NCBI GenBank assembly: GCA_036397975.1
Contig: DASWHW010000050.1
Location: 109 to 64,108, forward strand
Direction: 5' to 3'
Length of the DNA: 64,000 nt
Source of the DNA: Bacteroidota bacterium
Lineage (GTDB): Bacteria; Bacteroidota; Ignavibacteria; UBA10030; UBA6906
Below the pieces are notes generated by a model that did no database searches, was not told where the DNA came from, and saw only the letters and a list, made by a program, of their open reading frames with translations. Both the position numbers and the translations under genes were made by a program. Position 1 is the first letter of the stretch; the number at the start of each line of letters is the position of its first letter. Below are positions 45,035 to 55,213 of this stretch, in pieces.

Positions 45035-46345
45035 TTAGTTGCGACCAATAACCGCGGCAAAGAAGCCGTCGCTTCCATGCAGATGAGGAGTCAAGAAGAG
45101 GTAATCGGAAGAACTATTGAGAGTCACACTGTGTTTTCCCAACGCTTCAGATGTTGACCGAAGAGAATACTCAGTGTGTCTGTTGAGAAACCACTCAACG
45201 ACGTCTTCGTTCTCCGAGCGTAACAACGAGCAGGTTGCATACACCAGGATTCCGCCCGGCCTCACGAGCTTCGCATATTCTTCAAGGACAGATCGCTGGA
45301 TGTCATTCAACTGAACAATTCCTTCTTCCCGGAATCGCATTTTTGCATCGGGGTTCCGACGATATGTTCCGCTCCCCGAACATGGAGCGTCAACGAGAAC
45401 TCGGTCCGCTCCCTGCTCATGAATGACTGCATGGTATTCGGTGGTGTGACGTGCCTCGATGCAGTTTAACCCCGTCCTCCTCACTCGCTCGGAAATACCG
45501 GCCAGCCGTGATCTGTCAACATCAATTGCAATCACCTTCCCCGTGTCTTCCATGATTGAAGCAAGGTGTAAGGACTTTCCTCCCCCTCCCGCGCATGCGT
45601 CGACAATAACCTCCCCAGGAGATGGGTTGACCAGGAAGGAAATGATCTGGCTCCCCTCGTCTTGAATCTCAAACAGTCCTTCGCCAAACGCTCGAAGCGA
45701 TTGAGCGTGGAATCGCTTTTCAGCGACAAGACCAACCGGCGAAATGGATGTTGCGCTGGTTGCAACATTTTCCTCCCGAAGGCGCGCTGCACATTCTTCT
45801 CTCGTTGTTTTGAGATGATTCACGCGCAAAACGGTCGGCGCAGGGCGATTGAGAGACTTGCAGAGGGCATTTGCTTCATTCTCCCCAAACCGGTCAATCC
45901 ATTCTAGAACAATTGAATCGGGAAACGAATTCTGGACGGAAATTCTCTTGGCGGGATCCTCTAGTATGTCCTCCGAGAGAGTCACCTCACAGATCTTTTC
46001 AAGAAACTCGCTGATCTCAATATCTGGATGCGCCATTCGCCACAAAGCGTCAATTTCGGAACGTAATCCGTCAAGATGTTGGCCACCGAATTTGAGACAA
46101 TAGGCAGTGCAGTACGACAGGGATGAAGCTTGTAACGGCAGAGCAATAGATGAAAGGTAAGTTTGTAGAAGTCGATAATTTCGAATAACCCCATAGAGGG
46201 TCTCCGATATGAAGCGTCGATCGCGGGCGCCGAGATATTTTCGCTTGCGGAAGAATTCCTGGGCTATTCTGTCCGCAGGATTGGACGAAGCTCGAATGAA
46301 ATCAAGGACTTCCGCGACGTGACCAATCAATGAGGCCTGCCTCAT
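45035..46345 (-). CDS. rsmB: 16S rRNA (cytosine967-C5)-methyltransferase, NOL1/NOP2/Sun family
   Basis: 436 aa; NusB-like N-terminus; SAM motif VIVDACAGGGGKS; catalytic LVDAPCSGSGT. Confidence 0.85.
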   Translation of the reverse strand: MRQASLIGHVAEVLDFIRASSNPADRIAQEFFRKRKYLGARDRRFISETLYGVIRNYRLLQTYLSSIALPLQASSLSYCTAYCLKFGGQHLDGLRSEIDALWRMAHPDIEISEFLEKICEVTLSEDILEDPAKRISVQNSFPDSIVLEWIDRFGENEANALCKSLNRPAPTVLRVNHLKTTREECAARLREENVATSATSISPVGLVAEKRFHAQSLRAFGEGLFEIQDEGSQIISFLVNPSPGEVIVDACAGGGGKSLHLASIMEDTGKVIAIDVDRSRLAGISERVRRTGLNCIEARHTTEYHAVIHEQGADRVLVDAPCSGSGTYRRNPDAKMRFREEGIVQLNDIQRSVLEEYAKLVRPGGILVYATCSLLRSENEDVVEWFLNRHTEYSLRSTSEALGKHSVTLNSSSDYLFLTPHLHGSDGFFAAVIGRN

Positions 46346-46381
46346 CGGGTCGGGGGAGGTTCTTGTGAATGAAGATTCGGG

Positions 46382-47287
46382 CTAAAGATCAACAACGGGG
46401 TTCCGCATTTCGGAGGTCATGTATCCCCGGGCCATCCGGGGTGTGTTATACCCAAAACCGATTTTTCCTTTGCTCGTCAAGGCAACTACTCCACCATACC
46501 CACCAGTCTTTTTCTCGAGGATCGACAAAGCCTCCTGGATCGCCTTGCTGGGATCGCCGTATTTTTCCATAAGATCATAGACAGTTTTTGCCATGACCAC
46601 TTTCATGAGCGCCTCCCCCCATCCTGTCGTCGCCACCGCGCCGGCTTCATTATCAGCAAATGTCCCACATCCGATTATCGGCGAATCTCCTACCCTTCCC
46701 GGATGCTTGTTGGGAGTCCCGCCGGTCGATGTGCCCGAGGCAACGTTGCCAAACTTATCGAGAGCGATTGCGCCCACGGTGTCAGACGGCATTTTCTTTT
46801 TCCGAAAGATCTCCTTCGTCGATACTTTCTTTCTGGACTGATATTCTCTCCAACGTGCAAGCTCCCGGTCGGTAATCAGATCATCATGACCACAGGTTTT
46901 TACCCCATGCTCACGCGCAAAACGAGTCGCCCCGATCCCGGCAAGCAATACATGCTCGCTTTTCTCCATTATTGCACGCGCCAACAGAATAGGGTTTTTA
47001 ATGTTCTGTACCGCCGCAACTGCTCCGGCCATAAGGGTACTGCCATCCATGATGCTCGCCTCTAATTCGACATCTCCCACCATGTTGACGAAGGAACCTC
47101 GTCCTGCATCGAATGTATCGTCATTCTCCAATATTCTTATGGTCTCTGTCACGACATCGACGGAGGTCCCCCCGCGACTCAGCATTGTCCAGCCGGCAGT
47201 AAGTGCGTCCTGGACTCCTTTCTTGTGCTGCTTTACCGCCTCGTCAGGAATATCCCACGCTCCCCCATGAACCATTAATGAAATCAA
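46382..47287 (-). CDS. Isoaspartyl peptidase/L-asparaginase (Ntn-hydrolase)
   Basis: 301 aa; MVHGGAW, autoproteolytic GTVGAIALD, ...TSTGG. Confidence 0.85.
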   Translation of the reverse strand: MISLMVHGGAWDIPDEAVKQHKKGVQDALTAGWTMLSRGGTSVDVVTETIRILENDDTFDAGRGSFVNMVGDVELEASIMDGSTLMAGAVAAVQNIKNPILLARAIMEKSEHVLLAGIGATRFAREHGVKTCGHDDLITDRELARWREYQSRKKVSTKEIFRKKKMPSDTVGAIALDKFGNVASGTSTGGTPNKHPGRVGDSPIIGCGTFADNEAGAVATTGWGEALMKVVMAKTVYDLMEKYGDPSKAIQEALSILEKKTGGYGGVVALTSKGKIGFGYNTPRMARGYMTSEMRNPVVDL

Positions 47288-47370
47288 CTCTCATGCTCCG
47301 TTTTTGATTTATAAATGCCGAAAAAGGTACTGAAATCCATATCGCGAATCAATGCGATCATTCACAGCTG

Positions 47371-47410
47371 AAATAAAAAAGCCCTTCGCACGAATGGACA
47401 CGCGAAGGAC
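47371..47410 (-). terminator. Rho-independent terminator after clpB
   Basis: Minus-strand GUCCUUCGCGUGUCCAUUCGUGCGAAGGGC then UUUUUUAUUU; 22 nt after the clpB stop. Confidence 0.7.
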
Positions 47411-47429
47411 TTGGATTCTTGGGTCAGGA

Positions 47430-50072
47430 TCAGTTCACTACCTCAGCATTCATCTTCTTGACAAATTCAATCAGTCCTGACTTATCAAGGCTTACTTCGA
47501 CAGTATCACCTTCCTGGATTTCACCGAGCAAGATGCGCTGCGATAAAGGATTCACGAGGTGTTTCTGAATCACACGCTTCAGCGGACGGGCACCAAATGT
47601 GGGGTCATAACCCAGCTTCGCGAGCCAATCTTTCGCATCGTCAGTTACCTGGATCGCGATGGATTTGTGATAGAGTAATTCCTCCACCCGACGGAGTTGT
47701 ATTGAGACGATTTCACGAACATCTTTTCTCGAAAGAGGTCTGAAGACTACTACTTCGTCAACCCGGTTGAGAAATTCAGGTCGGATGGTTTGACGAAGGA
47801 GCTGATATAGCTCCTGGCGAAGAGAACCAAATGATTCTTCCCATTCTTCACCGTCTTTGAAATCCGAAGAGATGCGCTCCTGAATCAGTTGTGATCCTAA
47901 GTTGGAAGTCATAACAATGATGGTGTTCTTGAAGTCCACCGTCCGTCCCTTGCTATCGGTAAGTCTACCCTCATCAAGAACCTGCAGGAGGAGGTTAAAA
48001 ACCTCAGGATGAGCTTTCTCAATCTCGTCAAGAAGAACGATCGAATACGGACGACGGCGTACAGCCTCAGTCAGCTGACCTCCTTCATCATATCCTACAT
48101 ATCCAGGAGGCGCTCCGATAAGCCTCGAGACGGAAAATTTTTCCATATACTCGCTCATGTCAATACGGACAATAGCAGACTCGTTATTGAACAGGAATTC
48201 AGCAAGCGCACGGGCCAGTTCGGTTTTTCCCACACCCGTGCTTCCAAGAAAAATGAATGATCCTATAGGTCGCTGCTCGTCTTGCAAGCCAGCTCGCGCC
48301 CGGCGAATTGCGTCGCCTACAGCATGTACAGCTTCATCCTGCGCAATCACCCGTTCGCGCAACCGTTCATCCAGCTCAAGAAGTTTCGTTCGTTCACTTT
48401 CAAGCATGCGGGAAACGGGAATACCGGTCCACCGGGCAACAATTTCCGCGATGTCTTCAGCATCGACTTCTTCTTTCAACATTTTTTGTGACTTCTGTAC
48501 GTCCTGAAGTTTTGCCGATGCCTCTTTCAGTTGTTTCTCAAGTGTTGCAAGGGTTCCGTAACGAAGCTCGGCAACTCTCCCCAGATCACCCTCACGCTCT
48601 TTCTTCTCCGCCTCAAGTTTGACCCGCTCACTTTCTCCTTTCATGTTTCTGATCGATTGAATAATGTCCTTTTCGACCTTCCAGTGTGCCGTCAGTTCTG
48701 TGCTCGTCTGATGAAGATCAGCCAGGTCGCGTTCGATAACATTCAGCCTCTCTCGTGACGCGTTATCCCTTTCACGACGTACTGCCTCCCGCTCGATCTC
48801 AAGCTGCTTCACTCGTCGCTCCACGTTATCCAATTCTTCAGGCATTGAGTCAATTTCAATGCGAAGCTTTGCTGCCGCTTCATCAATCAAATCAATGGCC
48901 TTGTCAGGCAGAAAACGGTCTGCAATATACCGATGACTGAGTTGCGCGGCGGCGACAATTGCTCCGTCGGTAATACGAACACCATGATGCACTTCATAAC
49001 GTTCCTTCAATCCGCGCAAAATCGAAATGGTGTCGTCGATGTTTGGCTCACTCACCAAGACCGGTTGAAATCTTCTTTCGAGCGCAGGATCCTTTTCAAC
49101 ATGCTTGCGATACTCGTCTATCGTTGTGGCCCCGATGACATGTAACTCACCCTTGGCAAGTGCGGGCTTGAGCATGTTTGCAGCATCGACGGCACCTTGT
49201 GCTGCTCCAGCGCCAATGATGGTGTGCATCTCATCGATGAAGAGGATAACCTCGCCGTCAGATTCTTGGACTTCTTTGAGAAGCGCTTTGAGGCGTTCCT
49301 CGAATTGCCCACGGAAGCTAGTCCCGGCAACGAGAGACCCCATGTCGAGAGCAACGATCCGCTTTGATCGTAGTGATTCAGGTACATCCCCTTGTACAAT
49401 CCTGAAGGCAATCCCCTCTGCAATCGCAGTCTTCCCCACACCCGGTTCACCAATCAGCACGGGATTATTTTTTGTCCGCCGCGAGATGACCTGCAAGACA
49501 CGACGGATTTCCTCATCTCGGCCAATAACGGGATCGAGTTTCCCCTTTTGTGCCAACTCATTGAGGTCCCGGCCGTATCGCTTGAGTGCTTGATATTTTT
49601 CCTCCGGCTGTTGGTCCGTTACACTGTGCGACCCGCGGATATCCTTCAACACCTTGAGAATGTTATCAGTTGATACTCCCTGCTCTGCCAATAGACGTTC
49701 TACGGGTGTTCCTTTTTGGAGTGAGATTCCGAGAAGGAAATGTTCCGTGCTGATATAGGAATCCTTTAGTCTCTCCGCTTGTTTCTGAGCGTCTTCAAAG
49801 ACCTTCGACAGATGTTGCCCGATACTCAGACTGCCAATTCCTGCCCCGGACACCTTGGGAAGGCGGTCTATCGCTTCATTCAGTTTTATTTTGATGAATC
49901 GATCATTCGCACCGAGCTTTTGAAGCACAGGCAATATTGTTCCGTTTGGGTCCTGTACCAAGGCGGCCAGAAGATGTTCGGGCTCTATGAATTGATTGCC
50001 ATAGCTGGTGGCAATCAACTGGGCACTTTGAAGTGCTTCCTGTGATTTTATTGTCAGCTGATTCAAATTCAT
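47430..50072 (-). CDS. clpB: ATP-dependent chaperone ClpB (Hsp104-type disaggregase)
   Basis: 880 aa; Clp_N; two AAA+ modules ([21 protein letters not shown]); long M-domain coiled coil. Confidence 0.95.
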   Translation of the reverse strand: MNLNQLTIKSQEALQSAQLIATSYGNQFIEPEHLLAALVQDPNGTILPVLQKLGANDRFIKIKLNEAIDRLPKVSGAGIGSLSIGQHLSKVFEDAQKQAERLKDSYISTEHFLLGISLQKGTPVERLLAEQGVSTDNILKVLKDIRGSHSVTDQQPEEKYQALKRYGRDLNELAQKGKLDPVIGRDEEIRRVLQVISRRTKNNPVLIGEPGVGKTAIAEGIAFRIVQGDVPESLRSKRIVALDMGSLVAGTSFRGQFEERLKALLKEVQESDGEVILFIDEMHTIIGAGAAQGAVDAANMLKPALAKGELHVIGATTIDEYRKHVEKDPALERRFQPVLVSEPNIDDTISILRGLKERYEVHHGVRITDGAIVAAAQLSHRYIADRFLPDKAIDLIDEAAAKLRIEIDSMPEELDNVERRVKQLEIEREAVRRERDNASRERLNVIERDLADLHQTSTELTAHWKVEKDIIQSIRNMKGESERVKLEAEKKEREGDLGRVAELRYGTLATLEKQLKEASAKLQDVQKSQKMLKEEVDAEDIAEIVARWTGIPVSRMLESERTKLLELDERLRERVIAQDEAVHAVGDAIRRARAGLQDEQRPIGSFIFLGSTGVGKTELARALAEFLFNNESAIVRIDMSEYMEKFSVSRLIGAPPGYVGYDEGGQLTEAVRRRPYSIVLLDEIEKAHPEVFNLLLQVLDEGRLTDSKGRTVDFKNTIIVMTSNLGSQLIQERISSDFKDGEEWEESFGSLRQELYQLLRQTIRPEFLNRVDEVVVFRPLSRKDVREIVSIQLRRVEELLYHKSIAIQVTDDAKDWLAKLGYDPTFGARPLKRVIQKHLVNPLSQRILLGEIQEGDTVEVSLDKSGLIEFVKKMNAEVVN

Positions 50073-50096
50073 GGTTCACCTGGCTTTCATTGTCTC

Positions 50097-50125
50097 TACA
50101 CAAAAGGCGAGGATATCGCCTCGCC
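50097..50125 (-). terminator. Intercistronic hairpin plus U-tract between dnaK and clpB (partial terminator/attenuator)
   Basis: Minus-strand AAAGGCGAGG-CGAUAU-CCUCGCCUUUUGUG; ends 25 nt before the clpB ATG, which has an AGGUGA Shine-Dalgarno. Confidence 0.6.
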
Positions 50126-50205
50126 TTTCGTAATCCCCACGCCATCCACGGGGGAGATATGCCTACAATTCCCTTTGATAAGAGGGAGTGTGAGGGCTTT
50201 CTTTG

Positions 50206-52125
50206 CTACTTTTTCTCCTTATCGTCAACCACTTCAAACTGGGCATCTTCTACCTTCTTGTCATTCTTTTTTTCGGATTTCGCCTCGCCGGTGGTTGGTT
50301 CGCCCGGTTTCTGTTGAGACTCCGCTGATTGCTGGTACATCTGCGTGGATGCTTCATTCCAGGCTGCATTGACGCCTTCCATCGCGGTCTTTATCGCTGC
50401 AATGTCGTTGGACTTGATCGCTTCTTTCAACTTTTCACTTGCAGTTTCGATCTTGTTCTTCACTGTTGCATCGACTTTGTCCCCGAATTCTTTCAACTGC
50501 CTCCCGGTTTGGAACACAAGGTTGTCGGCTTGGTTCTTCACTTCGATCTCTTCCTTCTTCTTTGCGTCGTCAGCCTGGTGGGACTGTGCATCCTTCTTCA
50601 TCCGATCGACTTCTTCTTTGCTCAATCCGCTTGAAGAGGTAATCCGAATCGACTGTTCCTTATTCGTCGCTTTATCCTTGGCTGAAACGTGGAGCAATCC
50701 GTTTGCGTCGATGTCGAACGTTACTTCGATCTGAGGTACTCCGCGCGGCGCAGGGGGTAACCCATCGAGATGGAATTTGCCGAGCGTGCGGTTGTCAACC
50801 GCCATTGGGCGCTCACCCTGAAGTACATGGATTTCAACTGAAGGCTGGCTATCCGACGCGGTCGAGAATATCTCACTCTTCTTTGTCGGAATGGTGGTGT
50901 TCGCCTCGATCAGTTTTGTCATGACACTTCCCAAGGTCTCAATTCCCAGTGACAGGGGCGTTACATCCAATAACAACACATCTGTGACATCCCCCGCAAG
51001 TACGCCACCTTGTATGGCCGCACCCACTCCAACCACTTCATCCGGATTCACTCCTTTATGTGGTTCTTTCCCGAACATGTCTTTCACAAGTTGCTGCACC
51101 TTGGGAACACGGGTCATGCCTCCCACCAGGATCACTTCGTCAATGTCTTTGGGAGAAAGTCCCGCATCTTTCAATGCTTGCTCCGTCGGTTTGAATGTTC
51201 GCTGAATCAGATCGTCCACGAGTTGTTCAAACTTCGCTCGGGTGAGGTTGATGTTGAGATGCTTCGGGCCTTCCGGAGTTGCCGTGATAAACGGTAGGTT
51301 GATTTCCGTTTGCATCAGTTGTGAAAGTTCCATCTTCGCTTTCTCCGAAGCTTCACGGAGACGCTGCAATGCCATCGGGTCTTTCCGAAGATCGATCCCT
51401 TCTTGCTTCTTGAACTCTTCCGCAATGTAGTCAAGAATGCGCTGGTCAAAGTTGTCTCCACCGAGGTGAGTATCTCCATTGGTAGATTTGACTTCGAAAA
51501 CTCCATCTCCCAACTCAAGGATGGAGATATCAAAAGTGCCGCCACCGAGGTCGTAAATCGCAACCTTGCTGTCTTTGTTCTTCTTATCGAGACCATAGGC
51601 AAGGGCGGCTGCCGTTGGCTCGTTAATAATTCGCTTCACCTCAAGTCCGGCAATTTCACCTGCTTCTTTTGTGGCCTGACGTTGCGCGTCGTTGAAGTAG
51701 GCGGGGACCGTAATGACTGCTTCGGTAACTTTTTGACCAAGATAGTCTTCAGCCGTCTGCTTCATCTTCTGAAGAATCATCGCACTGACTTCGGGTGGAG
51801 AGTAGACTCTTTCTCCTATTTCAACCCGTGCCGTATTGTTGTCCCCGTGGATAACTTTATAGGGAACGAGCTTCATCTCTTCGTTCACTTCGTTATAGAA
51901 CCTCCCCATGAATCGTTTTATCGAAAATACCGTGTTTCCAGGGTTGGTGACGGCCTGCCTTTTCGCGGCTTGGCCTACAAGCCGATCTCCGTTCTTAGCG
52001 AACGCGACAATCGAGGGCGTCGTTCGGTTCCCTTCGGAATTTGCGATGACGACCGGGTCATTGCCCTCCATTACGGCAACGACTGAGTTAGTGGTTCCAA
52101 GATCGATCCCAATTATTTTACCCAT
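50206..52125 (-). CDS. dnaK: Molecular chaperone DnaK (Hsp70)
   Basis: 639 aa; [22 protein letters not shown], canonical Hsp70 throughout. Confidence 0.97.
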   Translation of the reverse strand: MGKIIGIDLGTTNSVVAVMEGNDPVVIANSEGNRTTPSIVAFAKNGDRLVGQAAKRQAVTNPGNTVFSIKRFMGRFYNEVNEEMKLVPYKVIHGDNNTARVEIGERVYSPPEVSAMILQKMKQTAEDYLGQKVTEAVITVPAYFNDAQRQATKEAGEIAGLEVKRIINEPTAAALAYGLDKKNKDSKVAIYDLGGGTFDISILELGDGVFEVKSTNGDTHLGGDNFDQRILDYIAEEFKKQEGIDLRKDPMALQRLREASEKAKMELSQLMQTEINLPFITATPEGPKHLNINLTRAKFEQLVDDLIQRTFKPTEQALKDAGLSPKDIDEVILVGGMTRVPKVQQLVKDMFGKEPHKGVNPDEVVGVGAAIQGGVLAGDVTDVLLLDVTPLSLGIETLGSVMTKLIEANTTIPTKKSEIFSTASDSQPSVEIHVLQGERPMAVDNRTLGKFHLDGLPPAPRGVPQIEVTFDIDANGLLHVSAKDKATNKEQSIRITSSSGLSKEEVDRMKKDAQSHQADDAKKKEEIEVKNQADNLVFQTGRQLKEFGDKVDATVKNKIETASEKLKEAIKSNDIAAIKTAMEGVNAAWNEASTQMYQQSAESQQKPGEPTTGEAKSEKKNDKKVEDAQFEVVDDKEKK

Positions 52126-52220
52126 GTATCAAAACTCCCTTCTGGATGGCGTGTAATAGCATTCCTGCATGAACTTGTCTAATCGTAGCGGGATTTCACT
52201 GCTAATTGTCTATTTGAAAA

Positions 52221-52236
52221 TGCAACCCGTGTGCCA
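52221..52236 (-). promoter_or_regulatory. Sigma54 (RpoN) -24/-12 promoter consensus upstream of dnaK
   Basis: The minus strand reads TGGCAC-acggg-TTGCA, an exact match to TGGCAC-N5-TTGCW; predicted TSS ~52210, giving an ~85-nt leader with an AAGGGAG Shine-Dalgarno before the dnaK ATG. Confidence 0.5.
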
Positions 52237-52411
52237 CCATGCTTGAATATCGAAAAATTCCTGTAACAGTCTAAATGGTAATAGGTTAGCATCATACTGG
52301 GAGGACTGGAAATTCAGCCAGGGGTGCGCCATCCTGACAATGGGTAGCAACTATGGCATGGATTCAGGAACACAAGAGACAAATTGGCGACACAGACCTC
52401 AGAATCTTTAC

Positions 52412-52440
52412 TTGACATTCCAAATCCCAATGGCTATTTT
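52412..52440 (+). promoter_or_regulatory. Sigma70-like promoter candidate (TTGACA-17-TATTTT) facing birA
   Basis: Perfect -35 TTGACA at 52412-52417, 17-nt spacer, -10 TATTTT; ~125-nt leader to birA. Confidence 0.35.
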
Positions 52441-52568
52441 CGGGGGTGATTTTGATGACCTCTTTTATTTCACCAAAAGGCCTTTCCATTGGAGAGTCCT
52501 CGTACCCGTTCAAAGCTTCACGCTTCGGCTCATCTCTTCGTCACTCCTCTAACTAGTCGGGGTTCGCT

Positions 52569-53348
52569 ATGTTTTCAGAAAACGCCCTTCGTAAGGGATT
52601 GAGGACTCGCGCATTTGGAAATAAGATTTATACCTTCGAGTCAATCGATTCAACCAATAGCTGCGCCAAAGCAGTAGCTGCCTGTGGAGCTTTGGAAGGG
52701 ACAATTGTTGTTGCCGAGGAGCAGACTGCGGGACGGGGCAGGCTTGGGCGCGTTTGGAAATCGAATGCGAACGAAAACCTCATGTTTTCAATCGTGTTGC
52801 GACCGAATATCGACCCCGAGGCAATCAACCTTCTTCCTCTGTATGTCGCTGTTGCGCTCTCCGAAGGGATTGAACATCTAACAGGAAAGAAAGCTGAATG
52901 CAAATGGCCAAATGATCTTCTGATCAACAAGAAGAAAGTTTGCGGAATTCTCATTGAAGCGTCCCTTCGCCAAAATACCGTGGACCATGTAGTGATTGGG
53001 ATCGGTATCAACGTAAACCAAACCAGGTTCGACGGACAATTACAGGCGAAAGCAACATCATTGAAACTGGAAGTTGGCAGCGACATTGACCGGAACGAAC
53101 TGTTTAGAGAAATCCTCACGTGTTTGGAAACGGAGTATCTCCAGATAACTTCGCATGGAATTCATACAGTGCTCCCTCACTGGCTTTCCCGGACTTCGAT
53201 GATTAACAAGATGATTTCTGTATCTCAACAAGGCTCCATATTCACCGGTGTCGTGAAAGGTCTCAGCGATGATGGAGGCCTTGTTGTTCAGACGTCTGGA
53301 GTAGAAAAAACACTTTTCTCTGGAGATGTCACAATTCTTGGCATGTAG
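52569..53348 (+). CDS. birA: Biotin--[acetyl-CoA-carboxylase] ligase, class I (no N-terminal HTH)
   Basis: 259 aa; GRGRLGRVW and KWPNDLL motifs; begins directly with the ligase domain. Confidence 0.85.
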   Translation: MFSENALRKGLRTRAFGNKIYTFESIDSTNSCAKAVAACGALEGTIVVAEEQTAGRGRLGRVWKSNANENLMFSIVLRPNIDPEAINLLPLYVAVALSEGIEHLTGKKAECKWPNDLLINKKKVCGILIEASLRQNTVDHVVIGIGINVNQTRFDGQLQAKATSLKLEVGSDIDRNELFREILTCLETEYLQITSHGIHTVLPHWLSRTSMINKMISVSQQGSIFTGVVKGLSDDGGLVVQTSGVEKTLFSGDVTILGM

Positions 53349-53399
53349 CCACCTTACACCCCCGGCCCTCATTTTCCAACCATTGCTCGAACGATAAGC

Positions 53400-54173
53400 A
53401 TGCTACTCGCAATTGACGTTGGGAACACCCACACCGTTCTTGGAGTTTTTAAGGCCGATCAACTCCTCGCCGATTGGAGGATATCAACCGCCAATCACCG
53501 GACCGCTGATGAGAGTTGGCTGATCATAAGAAGTTTTTGCGCCGACAAAGGATTATCGACGGATTCAATTCAAGGCGTGGGGATTTCCTCTGTCGTGCCG
53601 GATTGGACGTATATTTTCGAAGCAATGGCCAGGAAGTATCTTAGGACAGAACCTATCACGGTCAAAGCTTCTCTTGATTTAGGAATCAAGATACATTACC
53701 AAGATCCGACCGCAGTCGGCGCTGATCGTCTCTGTAATGCCATCGCAGGATTCAGAAGGTTTAAAGGACCGCTGATTATCATCGACTTTGGGACAGCGAC
53801 TACCTTTGATGTAGTTGGCAAGAACGGTGACTACTTAGGCGGTGTTATTGCTTTGGGGCTTGAGTCATCCGCGTCTGAATTGCATCGGAAGGCGGCGAAA
53901 CTCCCAAGAATTGAGCTTCACTTCCCGGATCGTGTCGTTGGTACTGATACCGAAACAAGCATGAAAGCTGGGCTCATGTTTGGAACTCTTGATGGTGTAG
54001 AGGGCATCGTGAACAGGATTAATGCGGAACTAGGGGAAAAGGCCAGAGTTATTGCAACAGGCGGACTAGCCGGTATCATGGCAGAGCACACGACGATCAT
54101 CGAAGAAGTGGTACCTTCATTGGTGTTGGAAGGAATTCGCCTTGTATATGAACGAGTACGAAAACTCAGCTAG
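53400..54173 (+). CDS. coaX: Type III pantothenate kinase
   Basis: 257 aa; MLLAIDVGNTHT; ASKHA fold. Confidence 0.9.
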   Translation: MLLAIDVGNTHTVLGVFKADQLLADWRISTANHRTADESWLIIRSFCADKGLSTDSIQGVGISSVVPDWTYIFEAMARKYLRTEPITVKASLDLGIKIHYQDPTAVGADRLCNAIAGFRRFKGPLIIIDFGTATTFDVVGKNGDYLGGVIALGLESSASELHRKAAKLPRIELHFPDRVVGTDTETSMKAGLMFGTLDGVEGIVNRINAELGEKARVIATGGLAGIMAEHTTIIEEVVPSLVLEGIRLVYERVRKLS

Positions 54174-55181
54174 CTAAAGACCTCCGGTCGTTGTCCGTAA
54201 GATCGTCCCCCCATCACCGACGACGATCCCTGTATCGGCATCCATAAAAGAGATTCCGTAGAGGTGGATTGCCGTGGGAACGCCCTTGCGTAGACTATTC
54301 CAACTCATCCCGCCGTCTGTCGTCCTCAGGATGGTGCCATAGTTGCCAACAATCATACCAGTTGCCTCCGATTGAAACCAGCCTCTCCACAATGCCTCCG
54401 TTCCTCCCGGACTAACGTCCTGCCAGTCCTCGCCCGAATTCGTTGACTTCAGAATCCTTCCCGACTCCCCAAAAACAAAGACCGAAGTTTGCCCAGCTCG
54501 TGCAACATTGAAAAAAGCACCGGCGCTATCGTGCCATACTTCCCTCCAACTTCCCCCTCGATTCGTTGTCTTAAGAATCGTTCCCCCAGCACCAACCGAA
54601 ATCCACCCACTATCCTGTACACTAACCACTCCGTAAAGATCTTCGTTCGTCCCGGAGTTCTGCTGGCTCCACGACAAACCCGAAGTCGTCGTAGAGAGTA
54701 CCACCCCGTCCTGGGCAACAATCACTGCCTGGTTTGAAGAAAGGCAGCACAATGCGTACAGGATGATGCTTTGACTATACGACCGATCATCCCAGGAACG
54801 ACCTCCATCCGTTGACCAGAAGACCGTTCCCTGCGTACCAACCATAACGCCATTCAGAGAGTCTGAGAAATCAATGTCGAACAACGTGTTCCCGGTATTA
54901 ACGAAATACTCAATCCATGTCCGCCCACTGTTTTCGGAAACCCTGTAGCTTCCGAGCCCTCCTGCAACAAGAACACGGTTGGGAGTGATAAACATACAAT
55001 CGAAAAGAGTTGTAAGGGAATGAAATCGGGAATTCACAATAGTCCATCCTTCAGACGGAATATTATTGTCGGGGGAAGGTTCGCTCGGTGCAGGGTCAGC
55101 GCATGAGAGGAAGAGAATCAGAAACAGGGTGAGATATGATTCCTTCTCAAACATAGACGTTGAAGCGAATGATTTCGGCAC
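54174..55181 (-). CDS. Ycf48-like / BNR (Asp-box) repeat beta-propeller lipoprotein
   Basis: 335 aa; lipobox LFLSC; repeated WxSxDGGxSW-type blades (STDGGRSW, TNRGGSWREV, TTDGGMSWNSL). Confidence 0.7.
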   Translation of the reverse strand: MPKSFASTSMFEKESYLTLFLILFLSCADPAPSEPSPDNNIPSEGWTIVNSRFHSLTTLFDCMFITPNRVLVAGGLGSYRVSENSGRTWIEYFVNTGNTLFDIDFSDSLNGVMVGTQGTVFWSTDGGRSWDDRSYSQSIILYALCCLSSNQAVIVAQDGVVLSTTTSGLSWSQQNSGTNEDLYGVVSVQDSGWISVGAGGTILKTTNRGGSWREVWHDSAGAFFNVARAGQTSVFVFGESGRILKSTNSGEDWQDVSPGGTEALWRGWFQSEATGMIVGNYGTILRTTDGGMSWNSLRKGVPTAIHLYGISFMDADTGIVVGDGGTILRTTTGGL

Positions 55182-55213
55182 ATCAAGTTGTTGATTGACG
55201 ACCGCAATACAAA

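Noticed and set aside
51403-52086. 227-aa ORF antisense to dnaK
   Set aside because: Long antisense ORFs within hsp70 genes are a well-known codon-bias artefact, and there is no independent signal.
52455-52565. 37-codon upstream ORF before birA (MTSFISPKGLSIGESSYPFKASRFGSSLRHSSN)
   Set aside because: It has a good Shine-Dalgarno but a Ser-rich low-complexity product, with no conservation evidence available. It is mentioned only as a possible leader peptide.
52126-52568. CIRCE/HrcA operator upstream of dnaK
   Set aside because: I searched for TTAGCACTC-N9-GAGTGCTAA. The closest segment (ttagcatcatactgggaggactgg) matches poorly on the second half-site.
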